Assembly: GCA_963720565.1 (NCBI GenBank)
Contig: CAVRFW010000009.1
Coordinates: forward strand, 192,001-256,000
Length of the DNA: 64,000 nucleotides
Origin: Candidatus Bathyarchaeota archaeon
GTDB taxonomy: Archaea > Thermoproteota > Bathyarchaeia > Bathyarchaeales > Bathycorpusculaceae
Direction: 5' to 3'
The translations under genes were made by a program, and so were the position numbers. Of the stretch, positions 40,847-51,379 are shown in pieces. The notes beneath the pieces were generated by a model, which was not told the DNA's origin, searched no databases, and was given only the letters and a program-made list of their open reading frames with translations. Each line of letters starts with the position of its first letter. The first letter of the stretch is position 1.

Positions 40847-42598
40847 CTATTTGTGGGTGTAGTATGCTGTAATTTTCGAGGAGACCTCACTTAGACACAC
40901 AAACCCGAAGCGTTCAAACTGTATTACAGTGTTCGGTTTTAACTTTTTGCAGGCACTCTCGGCAAATCCTTCATTTATTGTCGCATCAGGCATTGTGACT
41001 CGGCAGGGTACTTCTTGTCCTTCTGGGATCCAATGAATGAGTTTGGCTTTGGTTTTTCTTGCTTCTTCATAAGATTCACTAATAAAAACTGCATCTGTTG
41101 ACTTAGCTTTTCTGTTTTCGATTTTCACGTTGAAAAGCTCCATGCACCTAATCACGGTTCCAGCATCGACGTCAGCATCTTTCTTTGCTATCCATAGAGT
41201 AATGGTGTTGTCTTCTCCTTCGGGTGTTATGATGTATTGTCTGAATCCTTTTTCCGGTTTTTCTGGATGCAATGGAAGTTGAGTGTTGAAGGCTCGGCTG
41301 ACATGTTTAACCTTCAGCGCGACAGGGTCTAGGACGAAAAAGTATCTATCACTTGTCGGGTCTAGGATTTTGCGGTTATAAGCATAGAGATTTTCCCAAC
41401 TTAGGGTAACATCTTGCGGTTTGGGTCCAACATCAATTATCATCTTCTTGACAGCTTCAGATGTTATTCCGCGCTTTTTCAGAGCGAGGAAGGTTGCCAG
41501 ACGCGGATCGTCCCATCCTTTGTATAAGCCTTCCTTAATCCCCTGAACAATCTTAGACTTGCTAAGATATGCACCGGTTATTTGTAGTCTGCCGTAATGT
41601 ATAGCTTCGGGATATTTCCAGCCCAAATGCTTGTACATGTATTCCTGTCTGACTTTGTTGGTCAGGTGCTCTTTGCCGCGGATAACATGTGTAATTCCCA
41701 TTAGGTGGTCATCTAAACCAGCAGCCAAATTGTAAAGAGGCCAAACGCGATACTTGCTGCCTGCTCTCGGGTGCGGGAATTTTTCCGTGTCTATAATTCT
41801 CAGGGCTGGCCAGTCTCTCACGGCGGGGTTCGGATGTTCTAAGTCGGTTTTAACTCGGACCACGGCTTCCCCTTCCCCGTAACCCCCGTTAAGCATTTGT
41901 TTCCATCTCCCAATGTGCTCTTCTGGCAACAGATTGCGACAGTTGCATGGTTTGCCGGCTAATGTGCTCTCTCTGAACTCTTCAGAGACGCAGGTACAAA
42001 CATAGGCGTTGCCATCCAGCAAGAGTCGTTCGGTGTACTCGTAGTATATGGGCAACCGGTCACTCTGAATATATTCTTCATCAACTCTACATCCTAGCCA
42101 AGCCAAGTCTTCCCTGATTTTATCGTAAAATTCCAGCACAGGCTTTTTGACTTTGGGATCGGTGTCCTCAAAACGCAGTATGAATTTGCCCTTGTAAATG
42201 CGTGCATATTCGTGACTTAATATTATGGCTCTGGCTGAACCTAGGTGCAGTACGCAGTCCGGGTTTGGAGAAAAACGTGTAACAATCAACTCGTATTTAT
42301 CGGCGTTGGGCAACGGTGGAAGCCGCTTTTCTTCCTCAACCTTGTCCTTCTTTAAAGTTTCAGGCCATTCCTTCTCGACAATGGTTTTTTGTTCTTCGAC
42401 AGAAAGACTATTTACTTCGCAAACTACCTCACTTGTTAGGGTCGAAAGCTCTTTTACCTTAGTTTTTAGCTCCTTTCTTTCACCTATTATTTTTCCGATG
42501 AGTGCGCCAGCCTGAGCCTTTCCACCATGTTGTACTGCATTTAGCAGAGCACTCTTTCTAACAAGTTGCCTAAGTTCACTGTCATTCTCAAGTTTCAA
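40847..42598 (-). CDS. gltX: Glutamyl-tRNA synthetase, archaeal
   Basis: RFSPNP..LHLG, LRFEDTDP, THVIRGKEH, LSKS and QFERFGF. Confidence 0.96.
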   Translation of the reverse strand: MKLENDSELRQLVRKSALLNAVQHGGKAQAGALIGKIIGERKELKTKVKELSTLTSEVVCEVNSLSVEEQKTIVEKEWPETLKKDKVEEEKRLPPLPNADKYELIVTRFSPNPDCVLHLGSARAIILSHEYARIYKGKFILRFEDTDPKVKKPVLEFYDKIREDLAWLGCRVDEEYIQSDRLPIYYEYTERLLLDGNAYVCTCVSEEFRESTLAGKPCNCRNLLPEEHIGRWKQMLNGGYGEGEAVVRVKTDLEHPNPAVRDWPALRIIDTEKFPHPRAGSKYRVWPLYNLAAGLDDHLMGITHVIRGKEHLTNKVRQEYMYKHLGWKYPEAIHYGRLQITGAYLSKSKIVQGIKEGLYKGWDDPRLATFLALKKRGITSEAVKKMIIDVGPKPQDVTLSWENLYAYNRKILDPTSDRYFFVLDPVALKVKHVSRAFNTQLPLHPEKPEKGFRQYIITPEGEDNTITLWIAKKDADVDAGTVIRCMELFNVKIENRKAKSTDAVFISESYEEARKTKAKLIHWIPEGQEVPCRVTMPDATINEGFAESACKKLKPNTVIQFERFGFVCLSEVSSKITAYYTHK

Positions 42599-42620
42599 GG
42601 GAGTTACGCTCTCTTAATGA

Positions 42621-43691
42621 TTAAGCATTCCTTCTAATCAAGAATTCTGCGAATGCTTTTAGTTTTTCCTTAGCCTGTAGAGTAGGCAGGAGTCTTTCAA
42701 CACTCCTCCAGCTTTCTTCAACCATCTTATCAGCAGTTTTCCTGACATATTCTATTGCACCATATTTTTGCATTATCGCGATTGCCTCATCCCGCAACAC
42801 TTGATCGGGAGTATGCATATTCAGAATCTGAACGAGCCTCTTCCTGTCCACAACGTTTGCCTTTTTCAACGTGTGAATGACCATCAACGTTCGTTTGCCT
42901 TCAGTAATGTCCTGTCCAACACCGCCCTTCTTAGTGGCAAATTCTTTCCCCGTTAAGTCCAATATGTCATCCTGCATCTGAAATGCAACGCCAATACTTT
43001 CGGCGAAACGCCCCAGTCTTTCAACTAAACTGGTGTTTGCACCCGCAAAAACAGCCGCGAGTCTAGCTGCCATCCTTGCTAAAGTTCCCGTTTTGTACGC
43101 ACACATCTGCAAATAGTCTTGTTCCCTTAGTTTGTTTGCATCGGCTAAGCCTTTATGCCATGCAATATCCATAGCTTGACCCATGCTGAGATTTATCATC
43201 TCCTGCACGTAAACTTCATAGATGTCGCGGACCATTTCCGGAGGCATTCGCTCTTTCTTCTCCATAAGGGGCAGGAGAGGTAGGTAGTACATGGCGTTTC
43301 CAGCATTGACTGCCATGTCCAAGCCAAAAAGCTTGTAGGTGCACGGTTTTCCTCTTCGAAGCTGGGACCCGTCCTCTATGTCGTCGATAATCAGTGTGCC
43401 ATTGTGAACAACTTCTGGTATTATAGCAAAATCCACGAAGTCTTCAAAGTTTTTTCCCAGAGCCTCACAGATAATGAGGAAGAGAGCCGGGCGCCATCTT
43501 TTTCCTCCCCGATCTAGAATCTCCCAAATCGGCTCGGCAATCGCCTTGGTCAATGTTTCCACGTTGAAACCGTAATTCGGCGGACTGACTTTGAACAGAA
43601 TGGATTTCTCAGTGAACTCTCTAGGAATATACTTTTCAATGGCTTTGTCTATGAGGGGAGCTTTTTCTTCAAGAAATTCTGCAACATTCAA
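42621..43691 (-). CDS. idsA: Polyprenyl diphosphate synthase (GGPP synthase)
   Basis: GGKRWRP, DDIED, RRG, GQAMD, KT and FQMQDD. Start placed at TTG 43691, just past the fni stop. Confidence 0.88.
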   Translation of the reverse strand: MNVAEFLEEKAPLIDKAIEKYIPREFTEKSILFKVSPPNYGFNVETLTKAIAEPIWEILDRGGKRWRPALFLIICEALGKNFEDFVDFAIIPEVVHNGTLIIDDIEDGSQLRRGKPCTYKLFGLDMAVNAGNAMYYLPLLPLMEKKERMPPEMVRDIYEVYVQEMINLSMGQAMDIAWHKGLADANKLREQDYLQMCAYKTGTLARMAARLAAVFAGANTSLVERLGRFAESIGVAFQMQDDILDLTGKEFATKKGGVGQDITEGKRTLMVIHTLKKANVVDRKRLVQILNMHTPDQVLRDEAIAIMQKYGAIEYVRKTADKMVEESWRSVERLLPTLQAKEKLKAFAEFLIRRNA

Positions 43692-43695
43692 TCCC

Positions 43696-44800
43696 TTAGC
43701 GCGCTCCCCTTCTAGCGCATTTGTCAACATTGAAGCCTCTTGTTCTCAACCACTCGGCTGTCTTGCCCATTACCACCATGGGTGTCTCTGGCAGGTTTTT
43801 CACTTTTTCTGCTCCCACCAAGAACATGGTGTTCCTCAATTCTTCAATCATTGACGACAGCAATCGTTCGACATCTTTCGGTCCCTTAATTGCTGCTTCA
43901 AGCACTGGCTGAGTAACGCTAGCTGAACAGGCATTAAGCGCCAAAGCTTTAGCTACGTCCGTTCCAGCAGCGTATTCCACCAGACGCGATTACCGGAATC
44001 TTGACTGTTTGTGTTGTTTCAATAAGGCTCACTGCGGTTGGGATCCCCCAATCCCAAAAGGCCTCTCCCGCAACACGTTGGTTGTTGTTGCCTTCTCCTT
44101 TTGCACGGTAGTATTCAACCGCTGCAAAGCTTGTGCCCCCCGTCCCTCCAACATCTAAGCCCTTAACACCTGCTGCTTCCAATCTTGCCGCTTCTTCTGC
44201 AGAAATGCCTGCACCGGTCTCTTTCACAATAACTGGTTTATCTAGGTTTTCCGAGATTTCGCTAATCCTCGCGAGGATTCCTTTGAAGTCAGTCTGTCCT
44301 TCAGGTTGAACAGTCTCTTGCAACGCATTTAAGTGCACTGCGACTGCGTCAGCATCAATCATTTCTACGATCCTTTTTACCTCTTTTAGACCGTATCCAT
44401 GGACGAGTTGCACCCCGCCTATGTTTGCGACTAAGAAAGCTTTAGGTGCTTTCTTCCTAGCTATGGAGAATGTTTCCTCCATTTCTTTGTCTTCAATGGC
44501 TGCTCTTTGGCTCCCCACTCCCATCCCTAAACCTAGTTTCTCTACGGTTTCAGCTATTGCAGCGTTTATGCGTGTGGCTTCGGCCGTTCCCCCTGTCATT
44601 GCACCCACCAGCAGCGGTGCGGAGAATTTGTGACCCAAAAAAGTCGTAGTTAAGTCGATTTTCTGTTTGCTGACTTCGGGAAGAGCTCGGTGCACAAACT
44701 GAATATCTTCGAATCCTGAGGTAGCTTTTCTAGCTTGAGCTTTCTGATCTAGACAAATCTTGATGTGGTCTGCCTTGCGTTTCTTAGTTTCTTCAGCCAA
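43696..44800 (-). pseudogene. fni: Type 2 IPP isomerase interrupted by a +1 frameshift near 43967 (pseudogene or sequence error)
   Basis: RK.DH, AMTGG, GSQR, HLN.LQE, KETG and SGGIR in one frame; G.DVAKALAL...ELRNTMFLVG continues in the next frame. Confidence 0.85.
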
Positions 44801-44802
44801 TC

Positions 44803-45594
44803 CTATTCTCTCTCAATAACCGTGCCTTCCACTTTTTCACCGATAAGAGCTTTATAAACACGGTTAGGCTTTGAAGCATTCACGATGATAACTTGGATTT
44901 TCTGTTCTATGGCTGGAACAAGCTCGCTTATTTTGCCGAGCATACCGCCTGTGACGTCGGTAGAGACTGATTTGCCCAGTTTGTTTTTAATTTGCCCGAG
45001 TTCCTCCAAGCTCAGGTGCGTGAATAATTTGGCGTTTCTGTTTACCTTGGGATCTGCATCATACAACCCGTCAGTATCTACTCCAATCACTATTCTTCTG
45101 GCCCCGAGTTTTCTTGCCAGATGGGAAACAAGTTGGTCGCCTGAAACCACCGTAAACCCCAACTTGTCATCCAGAGTAGCGTCTCCATAGAGAACAGGTG
45201 CAAAACCCATGTTTAGGTAGGTTTTCAAGATGGCTTCATCAAAAATTTTTATTCTGCCGTTTTCCGTTGTCACGCAGCATGAAGGTGCAACACTAATCGC
45301 TGGGATGTTGTGCCAGACGAGGGAATCCATTACTAAACCGTTGAGAACGGTCATCACGTGGTGTGTCTCTGCAAAACCCATTTTTTGGGCTTCTTCTCGC
45401 AAGCCTTCCTTTATGCCGTATTTTTGTGCAGTGGGATGTCCGAAGCTTCCTCCGCCGTGTACTATTACAAGTCTTTTCAACTGTGTTTTCTCGATTTCCT
45501 CTGAAAGACGGTTTATTGCTTGAGTTCGGGCAACAAGCTCGCTACTCTTATCCGTTATCACTGAACCGCCGATCTTCAAGACTGTAGCTTCCAT
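44803..45594 (-). CDS. ipk: Isopentenyl phosphate kinase
   Basis: LKIGGSVIT.K, VHGGGSFGH, SGD and DVTGGM..K. Start trimmed to MEATVLK. Confidence 0.9.
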   Translation of the reverse strand: MEATVLKIGGSVITDKSSELVARTQAINRLSEEIEKTQLKRLVIVHGGGSFGHPTAQKYGIKEGLREEAQKMGFAETHHVMTVLNGLVMDSLVWHNIPAISVAPSCCVTTENGRIKIFDEAILKTYLNMGFAPVLYGDATLDDKLGFTVVSGDQLVSHLARKLGARRIVIGVDTDGLYDADPKVNRNAKLFTHLSLEELGQIKNKLGKSVSTDVTGGMLGKISELVPAIEQKIQVIIVNASKPNRVYKALIGEKVEGTVIERE

Positions 45595-45641
45595 TCCGTT
45601 CATTCCTTCAATCCTCAATCCGTTTACGAGGTACTTGCAGA

Positions 45642-46031
45642 TTAATCTTGCACTATGATAACGACGTCGTTCTCTATTCGAATAGTGTCTCCCATCTTGA
45701 TCTGTGAAATGTCGATTTTGTCCACGCATGGTATTTCTGATATTATTGCGCCCACAGCGACTACGGTCTCGCATTCCTTGTTGATAATACCTGCGGGGCC
45801 AGTGCCGTTTTTCTTCATCCTATACAGCGTATAAGAGCCAACGGTCGATCCTTTCCCATTTGGAAAAACGAGTATTTTGTCCTTCACAGTTTTTCCATAG
45901 AGTTCATGTCCCTTTTCGATGACCTCTCCCGTGTTGGGATCTACTCCGCCGTAGAACGATATGGGCTGTACCGTCGTTAAGGCTTTTCCTTCTCCTTTGC
46001 CTTTTGATATGATTCTTCCTTTTAGCTCCAT
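45642..46031 (-). CDS. Phosphomevalonate dehydratase small subunit (AcnX swivel domain, DUF126)
   Basis: ISFYGGVDP..G, GKGSTVGSY and GAII..IP. Start trimmed to MELKGR. Confidence 0.88.
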   Translation of the reverse strand: MELKGRIISKGKGEGKALTTVQPISFYGGVDPNTGEVIEKGHELYGKTVKDKILVFPNGKGSTVGSYTLYRMKKNGTGPAGIINKECETVVAVGAIISEIPCVDKIDISQIKMGDTIRIENDVVIIVQD

Positions 46032-47218
46032 TTTCCCGTAACCGCCGCTTCTATGCATTCTTCTATGCTTCCCATTTTTGTTTTCATGTCGTTTTGCCTT
46101 GAGTAGAAGCATCCTTTTGCCGAAGTTGTAGCCAAAGCTTTGAATCTGCCCTTCAACGGAGCAACTGCCATACACGTGTCGCAAGCGAATTTTCCGCCAG
46201 CCTTCTCAATTGTTTCGGTGTAACCACGTTTGTCTGCGAGTTGCTTGGCTGTTCTTGATGTGGCAACCCAGAATTCTGTGTTCTCTGAGATTTTTCTGTC
46301 TTTAAGAAGTTCTGCGACTTCGGAGATTTCTTTGATCGAACAATGAGGGCAGCCTACACAGACGAAATCGATGTAGTCGACGTCATCGTTAATGTTGTCG
46401 TAGGCTTCTCTAATGTCGCGTTGCTCAATTGTGACAGTTTCCCTGGGCGTCTGAAGGTTCTCCGTATCTGGCGTTATGCCTTTCATGTAGAAAAGCGGTT
46501 TGGCACCGTATGTTACGACTGAAGCACAGAAAGACTTCAACTCGTCAAGTTCCGCATCTTTTATCCCTGTAATGTATGGTATTTTGTTTTCAGCTTTTCT
46601 GCCGATGGAGTAACCTAGAGCCCCCCAATCAGACAACTTTGTCAAGTTAGCATTTACTTGAATCTTGATGTCGGCGGCTCGGTTCTCGTCTAAATGCAAC
46701 CCGTAGCAGGGTGTCTTACCAACAAATGCAGCCGCCAGAGCTGATGGCCCCCCTTCCCTGTTTGTCCTTGCGCCAATTACCGAATTCGCGAAGGTGACTG
46801 CTGAAGATTCGGACCAAGCGAGGTGTTCTCCATATCTTGGGAGGTTACCTATCAAATAGGGCGTACATGTGCAAGAGATGAGTATGCCCATTCGGCTAAA
46901 CGCATCGATCACTTGGTTTTGCTTCTCGGCGAATTCTTGACTGATGCCAAGTTGTCGCCAGTTCTCTAAGTCCATTCCAGCAGGATTCAAGGTGGTGAGC
47001 ACTTTTACTTGTCCGTCTCTTGCCAACTCGTTTAAGAATTCTAGTCCCGCATCGCCGAGGTTGTGGTACGAAACCCCTGCTACTTGGACGCTGCCAACTT
47101 TGACAAGGCGATCAGCACCATAAATATTGCCGAGAGCGACAAGTATCTCCATGCTTTTCTGGACAGCGTATCCTTCTTCACCGTCGAACATTCGTTGTTC
47201 TTTTTCTGTAAGATACAT
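46022..47218 (-). CDS. Phosphomevalonate dehydratase large subunit (AcnX, DUF521)
   Basis: TLNPAG, CTCTPY, ESSAV.FANSV.GARTN, GCPH and DTCM.V.P. Confidence 0.9.
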   Translation of the reverse strand: MYLTEKEQRMFDGEEGYAVQKSMEILVALGNIYGADRLVKVGSVQVAGVSYHNLGDAGLEFLNELARDGQVKVLTTLNPAGMDLENWRQLGISQEFAEKQNQVIDAFSRMGILISCTCTPYLIGNLPRYGEHLAWSESSAVTFANSVIGARTNREGGPSALAAAFVGKTPCYGLHLDENRAADIKIQVNANLTKLSDWGALGYSIGRKAENKIPYITGIKDAELDELKSFCASVVTYGAKPLFYMKGITPDTENLQTPRETVTIEQRDIREAYDNINDDVDYIDFVCVGCPHCSIKEISEVAELLKDRKISENTEFWVATSRTAKQLADKRGYTETIEKAGGKFACDTCMAVAPLKGRFKALATTSAKGCFYSRQNDMKTKMGSIEECIEAAVTGKWS

Positions 47219-47225
47219 GGTGACA

Positions 47226-48536
47226 TCACAGGTAACTGCTTAGGTTAACTTTTTTATATCTTTCTTTGGTGAAGCTCTTGTCTGTTTTTCCGAAAGGAAT
47301 AGTAGCGTCCAAACCCATTTTGCTTGTGGTGGCCTTTTTTCCCTCAGTTAAGTCTCCCGATGGATCCAGAGATGAACCTGGCTGATTTGACATGATGACG
47401 GTATTCTTGTCTGCTTGGTACCTGGTTGCGATAGCCCATTCGACCTCGTTAGGGTTGTAAATGTCGATGTCTTCATCCACTATGACGCAGTGTTTCAGTG
47501 ATTTGTGTCCGTCGAATGTAGCGTAGATTGCTTTTTTTCCGTCGTCCGTATTCTTCTTCTTTATCTGCACGACAGCATGAAGCCAACTGCAACCGCCAGG
47601 AGTTATGAAAACATCTTTACACTCGCAGACTCTGTTAACCTCGCTAAAGATTGTTGGTTCTTTGGGCATTCCCATTAGAAACTGATGTTCTTTTCGTCCT
47701 GGAAGTAATGTTTGGTAAATCGGCATTTCCTTATGAGTGACGCATTTAATTTCTATGATCGGTTGCTGTCTTATCCGGTCGATGGTTCCAGTCGTATCTA
47801 GGAATGGGCCTTCTGCGGTTTTCTGTTTGGTTATTCTTCCTTCAAGGACGATTTCGCACTGTTTTGGAACTTCGAGGTTTATGGTTTTACACTTCACTAA
47901 TTCAGTTTTCTCCAGTGCATTTGCCATTCCCAACTCGTCAACACCCATTGGCAGGGTCGTGGCGGCAGCGAGGAGAACAGCTGTTGAATTGCCTATACAT
48001 ATGGCTATGTCTAGTTCTCCACCGGATTTCTTGAGGGCTGTATCCGTCCCTCGGTTCTCAACGATTCTGGCTACGAAATGGTTCTTGTCAAGCAGCATTA
48101 ACCGGTGAAAACTCATGTTTCTGGCGCCGAACTCGGGGTCACGTACGATAGAGACGGCGGATGCAATGTATTTTCCCCCATCTTTTTCTGTATAGCGCAT
48201 TATTGGTAGCTCTGTTAAATCTACATCTTGTTCGATTATTTCCTGACATTCGCCTTTGTCTGCAATTTCTGGCACAACAGGATTGCTTAGAGCATAGGCT
48301 AACTTGTGCAGCAACTCGTTTCTCCCCATGCCTAAAGCTCGGGCAAACAAGTCCTTTGAAGACAATAACCCTGCAACAGCAGGCATTTCTGTTTCTTTGA
48401 TTTTTTCGAAGATTACAGGTTTTTCACCGAGCGCTTCCACTATGCCTGCCATCTCATACTCAGTTGAGACTTCCTTTCTTATCCGAATTAATTCTCCGCT
48501 TTTGCTTAGCTGTTCCAAGAAAGTTCTAAAATCCAC
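47226..48536 (-). CDS. UbiD-family decarboxylase, probable anhydromevalonate phosphate decarboxylase
   Basis: DGG.YI, SFHR, EGPF, VDEDID and SSLDPS; located in the mevalonate operon. Confidence 0.88.
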   Translation of the reverse strand: MDFRTFLEQLSKSGELIRIRKEVSTEYEMAGIVEALGEKPVIFEKIKETEMPAVAGLLSSKDLFARALGMGRNELLHKLAYALSNPVVPEIADKGECQEIIEQDVDLTELPIMRYTEKDGGKYIASAVSIVRDPEFGARNMSFHRLMLLDKNHFVARIVENRGTDTALKKSGGELDIAICIGNSTAVLLAAATTLPMGVDELGMANALEKTELVKCKTINLEVPKQCEIVLEGRITKQKTAEGPFLDTTGTIDRIRQQPIIEIKCVTHKEMPIYQTLLPGRKEHQFLMGMPKEPTIFSEVNRVCECKDVFITPGGCSWLHAVVQIKKKNTDDGKKAIYATFDGHKSLKHCVIVDEDIDIYNPNEVEWAIATRYQADKNTVIMSNQPGSSLDPSGDLTEGKKATTSKMGLDATIPFGKTDKSFTKERYKKVNLSSYL

Positions 48537-48576
48537 GGTGTATTCGACCTTGCTTTCATAATTATTGCGAATTCAC

Positions 48577-49518
48577 TTATATTTTTTGGAATCCGATTTT
48601 TGTTCGCAGCACTTCAAATCCTTCTTTCTCAATGGCTTTTGCCACTTTCTCCTGCAGTTCTTCTCCAGGAGTCAGCGCGGTCATGCAGCCTCCGCCCCCG
48701 CCACCTGTGAGTTTTGCGCCAAAAGCGCCTTGCGTTCTGGCGACTTCTACAAGGTGGTCAAGCTTTTGGCAGGAAACTTGGATTTCTTGCAGCAACTGAT
48801 GGTTTTCGTTCATTAGTTCACCGACTTTTTTGAGGTTAAATTCTTGGAGGGCTTTTCTCCCTGCGAATGCTACCTCTTCTGCACGCTTGAAAAGGGCGCA
48901 GTATTTTTGTGAGTTTTTCCTCTTCCTCTCTGCAACACCTTCCACCATGGCTTTGGTGTTCGCTACTATTCCGGTGCTGCCTATGACGATTTCAACGGGT
49001 CTTTTTATGGTTAGTCTCTCAAACAAGTCGGGTCCGCCGCTCATGTTTTTCTTGAACCACATTAATCCCCCGTAAGTTGCTGCGGTGTTGTCTATACCAG
49101 AAGGATTTCCAGCGTAAGCCTTCTCTGCTTCGTAAGCGATTTGATTTATCTTTTCATCTGGCAAGCTTCTGCCAAATTCTTGCGCGATTGCCCTAACGAT
49201 GGCGACGCTGCTTGCTGCAGAAGCGCCGAGTCCGCTGAAACCTGGAAGACTTCCCCCTATCCAGATGCTCAATGGCGTTCTGGGGTCAATTTCCATGGTT
49301 TTGAGCACTCTTTCTATTGATTCCAATTGCTGAAGACGTTTTTCTTCACTGTAGCCTTTCGCCGTTCTTCTTTCATCCTTTATCTTGATTCTTTTTCCAG
49401 TTTTTTTCACTTCTGCGTCATTGGTTGAATCAATGGCAGAAACGATTCCAGGCACGCCGTGGACGACGAAGTGTTCGCCGAACAAAATCACCTTTCCGAA
49501 CCCTGACCCTTTACCCAT
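48577..49518 (-). CDS. mvk: Mevalonate kinase
   Basis: GKVILFGEHFVV.G, GLGASAA, PSGIDN and KLTGGGGGG. Confidence 0.94.
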   Translation of the reverse strand: MGKGSGFGKVILFGEHFVVHGVPGIVSAIDSTNDAEVKKTGKRIKIKDERRTAKGYSEEKRLQQLESIERVLKTMEIDPRTPLSIWIGGSLPGFSGLGASAASSVAIVRAIAQEFGRSLPDEKINQIAYEAEKAYAGNPSGIDNTAATYGGLMWFKKNMSGGPDLFERLTIKRPVEIVIGSTGIVANTKAMVEGVAERKRKNSQKYCALFKRAEEVAFAGRKALQEFNLKKVGELMNENHQLLQEIQVSCQKLDHLVEVARTQGAFGAKLTGGGGGGCMTALTPGEELQEKVAKAIEKEGFEVLRTKIGFQKI

Positions 49519-49874
49519 CTTGGAGCACCGTGAATGGATAGATATGATTAGAACAGATAAAAATATTCTTTCTATGCGCTGGATTAAGCTCTAGACGCGC
49601 ATAATCTTCTTCTCTTTCTAAGACCAGCTGCGCAGGTTTGATTAGTTTTATGTCTCGGAAAAGGTCTGTGATTCATCCATGCTCTTTGATTCCCGAATTT
49701 TTGCTAAATGAATCTGCTATGTTGTGGAGTTTTCTTTGTTCATTCAAACGCGAAAAAATCTTTCAGATCTTCCTCGTTTCTTTAAAAATAGTTGCAGCAT
49801 AAGTTACACCGCAGGTTAATAGCTTTTCAAGGGCTAACAAAGGTGTCCGACTTGGTGGTTAGCTAACATCATCA

Positions 49875-50405
49875 CTATTCCCTAGCATGCTTAATAATGT
49901 GTGGAGCCTCGGGCGCTATAAGCAATTCGACGGATATTCGAACAGCGTCAGATGAACCCGGTATACAGAATAACACTTTTCCTTTAGTCACTCCAGCCAC
50001 AGCGCGTGACATTACCGCGGCGGAGCCCATCTTGTCATAACTCAAACGCCTAAAAATCTCGCCAAATCCGGGAAGTGTCTTCTCAAAGAAAGGTGAAGTC
50101 GCTTCTATGGTAACATCAGAAGGAGTGATTCCTGTGCCACCGCAGAAAATTGCGGAGTCTATGGCAGGATTATCCAAGACGCTCTTCACTGCATGATTAA
50201 TCATTACCATATCGTCTGAAAGGATTCTCTTAAATAAAACATTGTGACCAGCCTTTTTCAGAAAGAACTCGATGGTGTCACCCGAGACATCAGTTGCTTC
50301 TTCGCCCTTCTGCATGGATAAGTACCGAGATGTGCTGCAAATAAAAACGGCGAAGTTCAGAGTCTTTGGTGCTTGTGCCTTGTGCATTTTAGTGCTTTTG
50401 CTCAC
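49875..50405 (-). CDS. moaB: Molybdopterin adenylyltransferase, MoaB/MogA family
   Basis: D.SG, GGTG....DVT, PGFGE and SRA.AG. Confidence 0.9.
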   Translation of the reverse strand: MSKSTKMHKAQAPKTLNFAVFICSTSRYLSMQKGEEATDVSGDTIEFFLKKAGHNVLFKRILSDDMVMINHAVKSVLDNPAIDSAIFCGGTGITPSDVTIEATSPFFEKTLPGFGEIFRRLSYDKMGSAAVMSRAVAGVTKGKVLFCIPGSSDAVRISVELLIAPEAPHIIKHARE

Positions 50406-50848
50406 GACTGCAGCACCTGCTTCAACTTCTTAACTACATGGATGTTTTCAATCGCAGTCGTTGGGTATTGCCCTTCAGAATTCTTCTCATATTGCTTCAC
50501 CATGTCCCAAACTGTCAGTAAACCCGCTGAAACAGCCGCAAGTGCTTCCATCTCCACGCCAGTTTGAGCATTAGCTTTGACTGTCGCTGACACCTCAACC
50601 CTGGATTTGTCCAAAACCTTGGCTTGCACTTTTACACTTGTCAATGGCAGCGGATGACACAGAGGAATGAGGCTGCTTGTTTTCTTAGCGGCGAGGATTC
50701 CTGCGATTTTTGCTGTATAAAGCGGGTCGCCTTTTGCAGCTTTGCCTTCTTGAACTATTTTCACCGTTTCGACCTTCAACCTAATAGTTCCTTTGGCAGT
50801 TGCTTCCCTGTAAACTTCCGCTTTGCAGGAAACATCAACCATCGTCAT
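50402..50848 (-). CDS. moaC: Cyclic pyranopterin monophosphate synthase
   Basis: MVDV, LIPLCHP, TGVEMEAL and WDMVK. Confidence 0.96.
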   Translation of the reverse strand: MTMVDVSCKAEVYREATAKGTIRLKVETVKIVQEGKAAKGDPLYTAKIAGILAAKKTSSLIPLCHPLPLTSVKVQAKVLDKSRVEVSATVKANAQTGVEMEALAAVSAGLLTVWDMVKQYEKNSEGQYPTTAIENIHVVKKLKQVLQS

Positions 50849-51157
50849 CTATTTGTCCCCCAGATTTGATGCGTTCGATTGCTTATTTACCTGCTCCCAA
50901 ACCTCTATTAGGTTTTCTACCGCACGCGCTTTGGGTGAAGCTTCGTTGAACTTGTAGATGCGGATTCTTCCATAGACTGTTTGCTGAATTATGCCTTCAG
51001 CCTCCAGCAATATTAGATGTCTGTTTGTTGTTGAGTAATTTAGGCTTATTCTTCGCGCTATCTCGGAAACGTTAACCGCGCCCAACCTGGTGAGAAGCTT
51101 TAGAATTTTCATCCGTGGCTTTGAAGAAAACACGTCTTCCACATGCATAAGTATCAC
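50849..51157 (-). CDS. ArsR-like winged-helix regulator
   Basis: R.KIL, NVSEIAR, HL..LE..GII and GR.RIY. Confidence 0.8.
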   Translation of the reverse strand: MILMHVEDVFSSKPRMKILKLLTRLGAVNVSEIARRISLNYSTTNRHLILLEAEGIIQQTVYGRIRIYKFNEASPKARAVENLIEVWEQVNKQSNASNLGDK

Positions 51158-51379
51158 GTCTTCATCTTTTTCCGGGGGGATGCAGTTAAGTCTTTTTGCT
51201 CCAAAGATGAACCTTGGTTCAAGTTTTGTAGCAACCCGTTCGAGTTACATAGAATAGAAAACGTAAGCATAATATTCTGAGTATTTGCGGAAAAAATTAA
51301 TCTCTAATTCTTCACATTAGAATACTTGCTCTGCACTTTCTTTGTTTCGATACTGTGCACCCCAAAAAACATCATCCAG

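Noticed and set aside
49825..49874. GTGATGA right after the moaB stop as a second C/D sRNA
   Set aside because: No CTGA D box and no convincing internal boxes.
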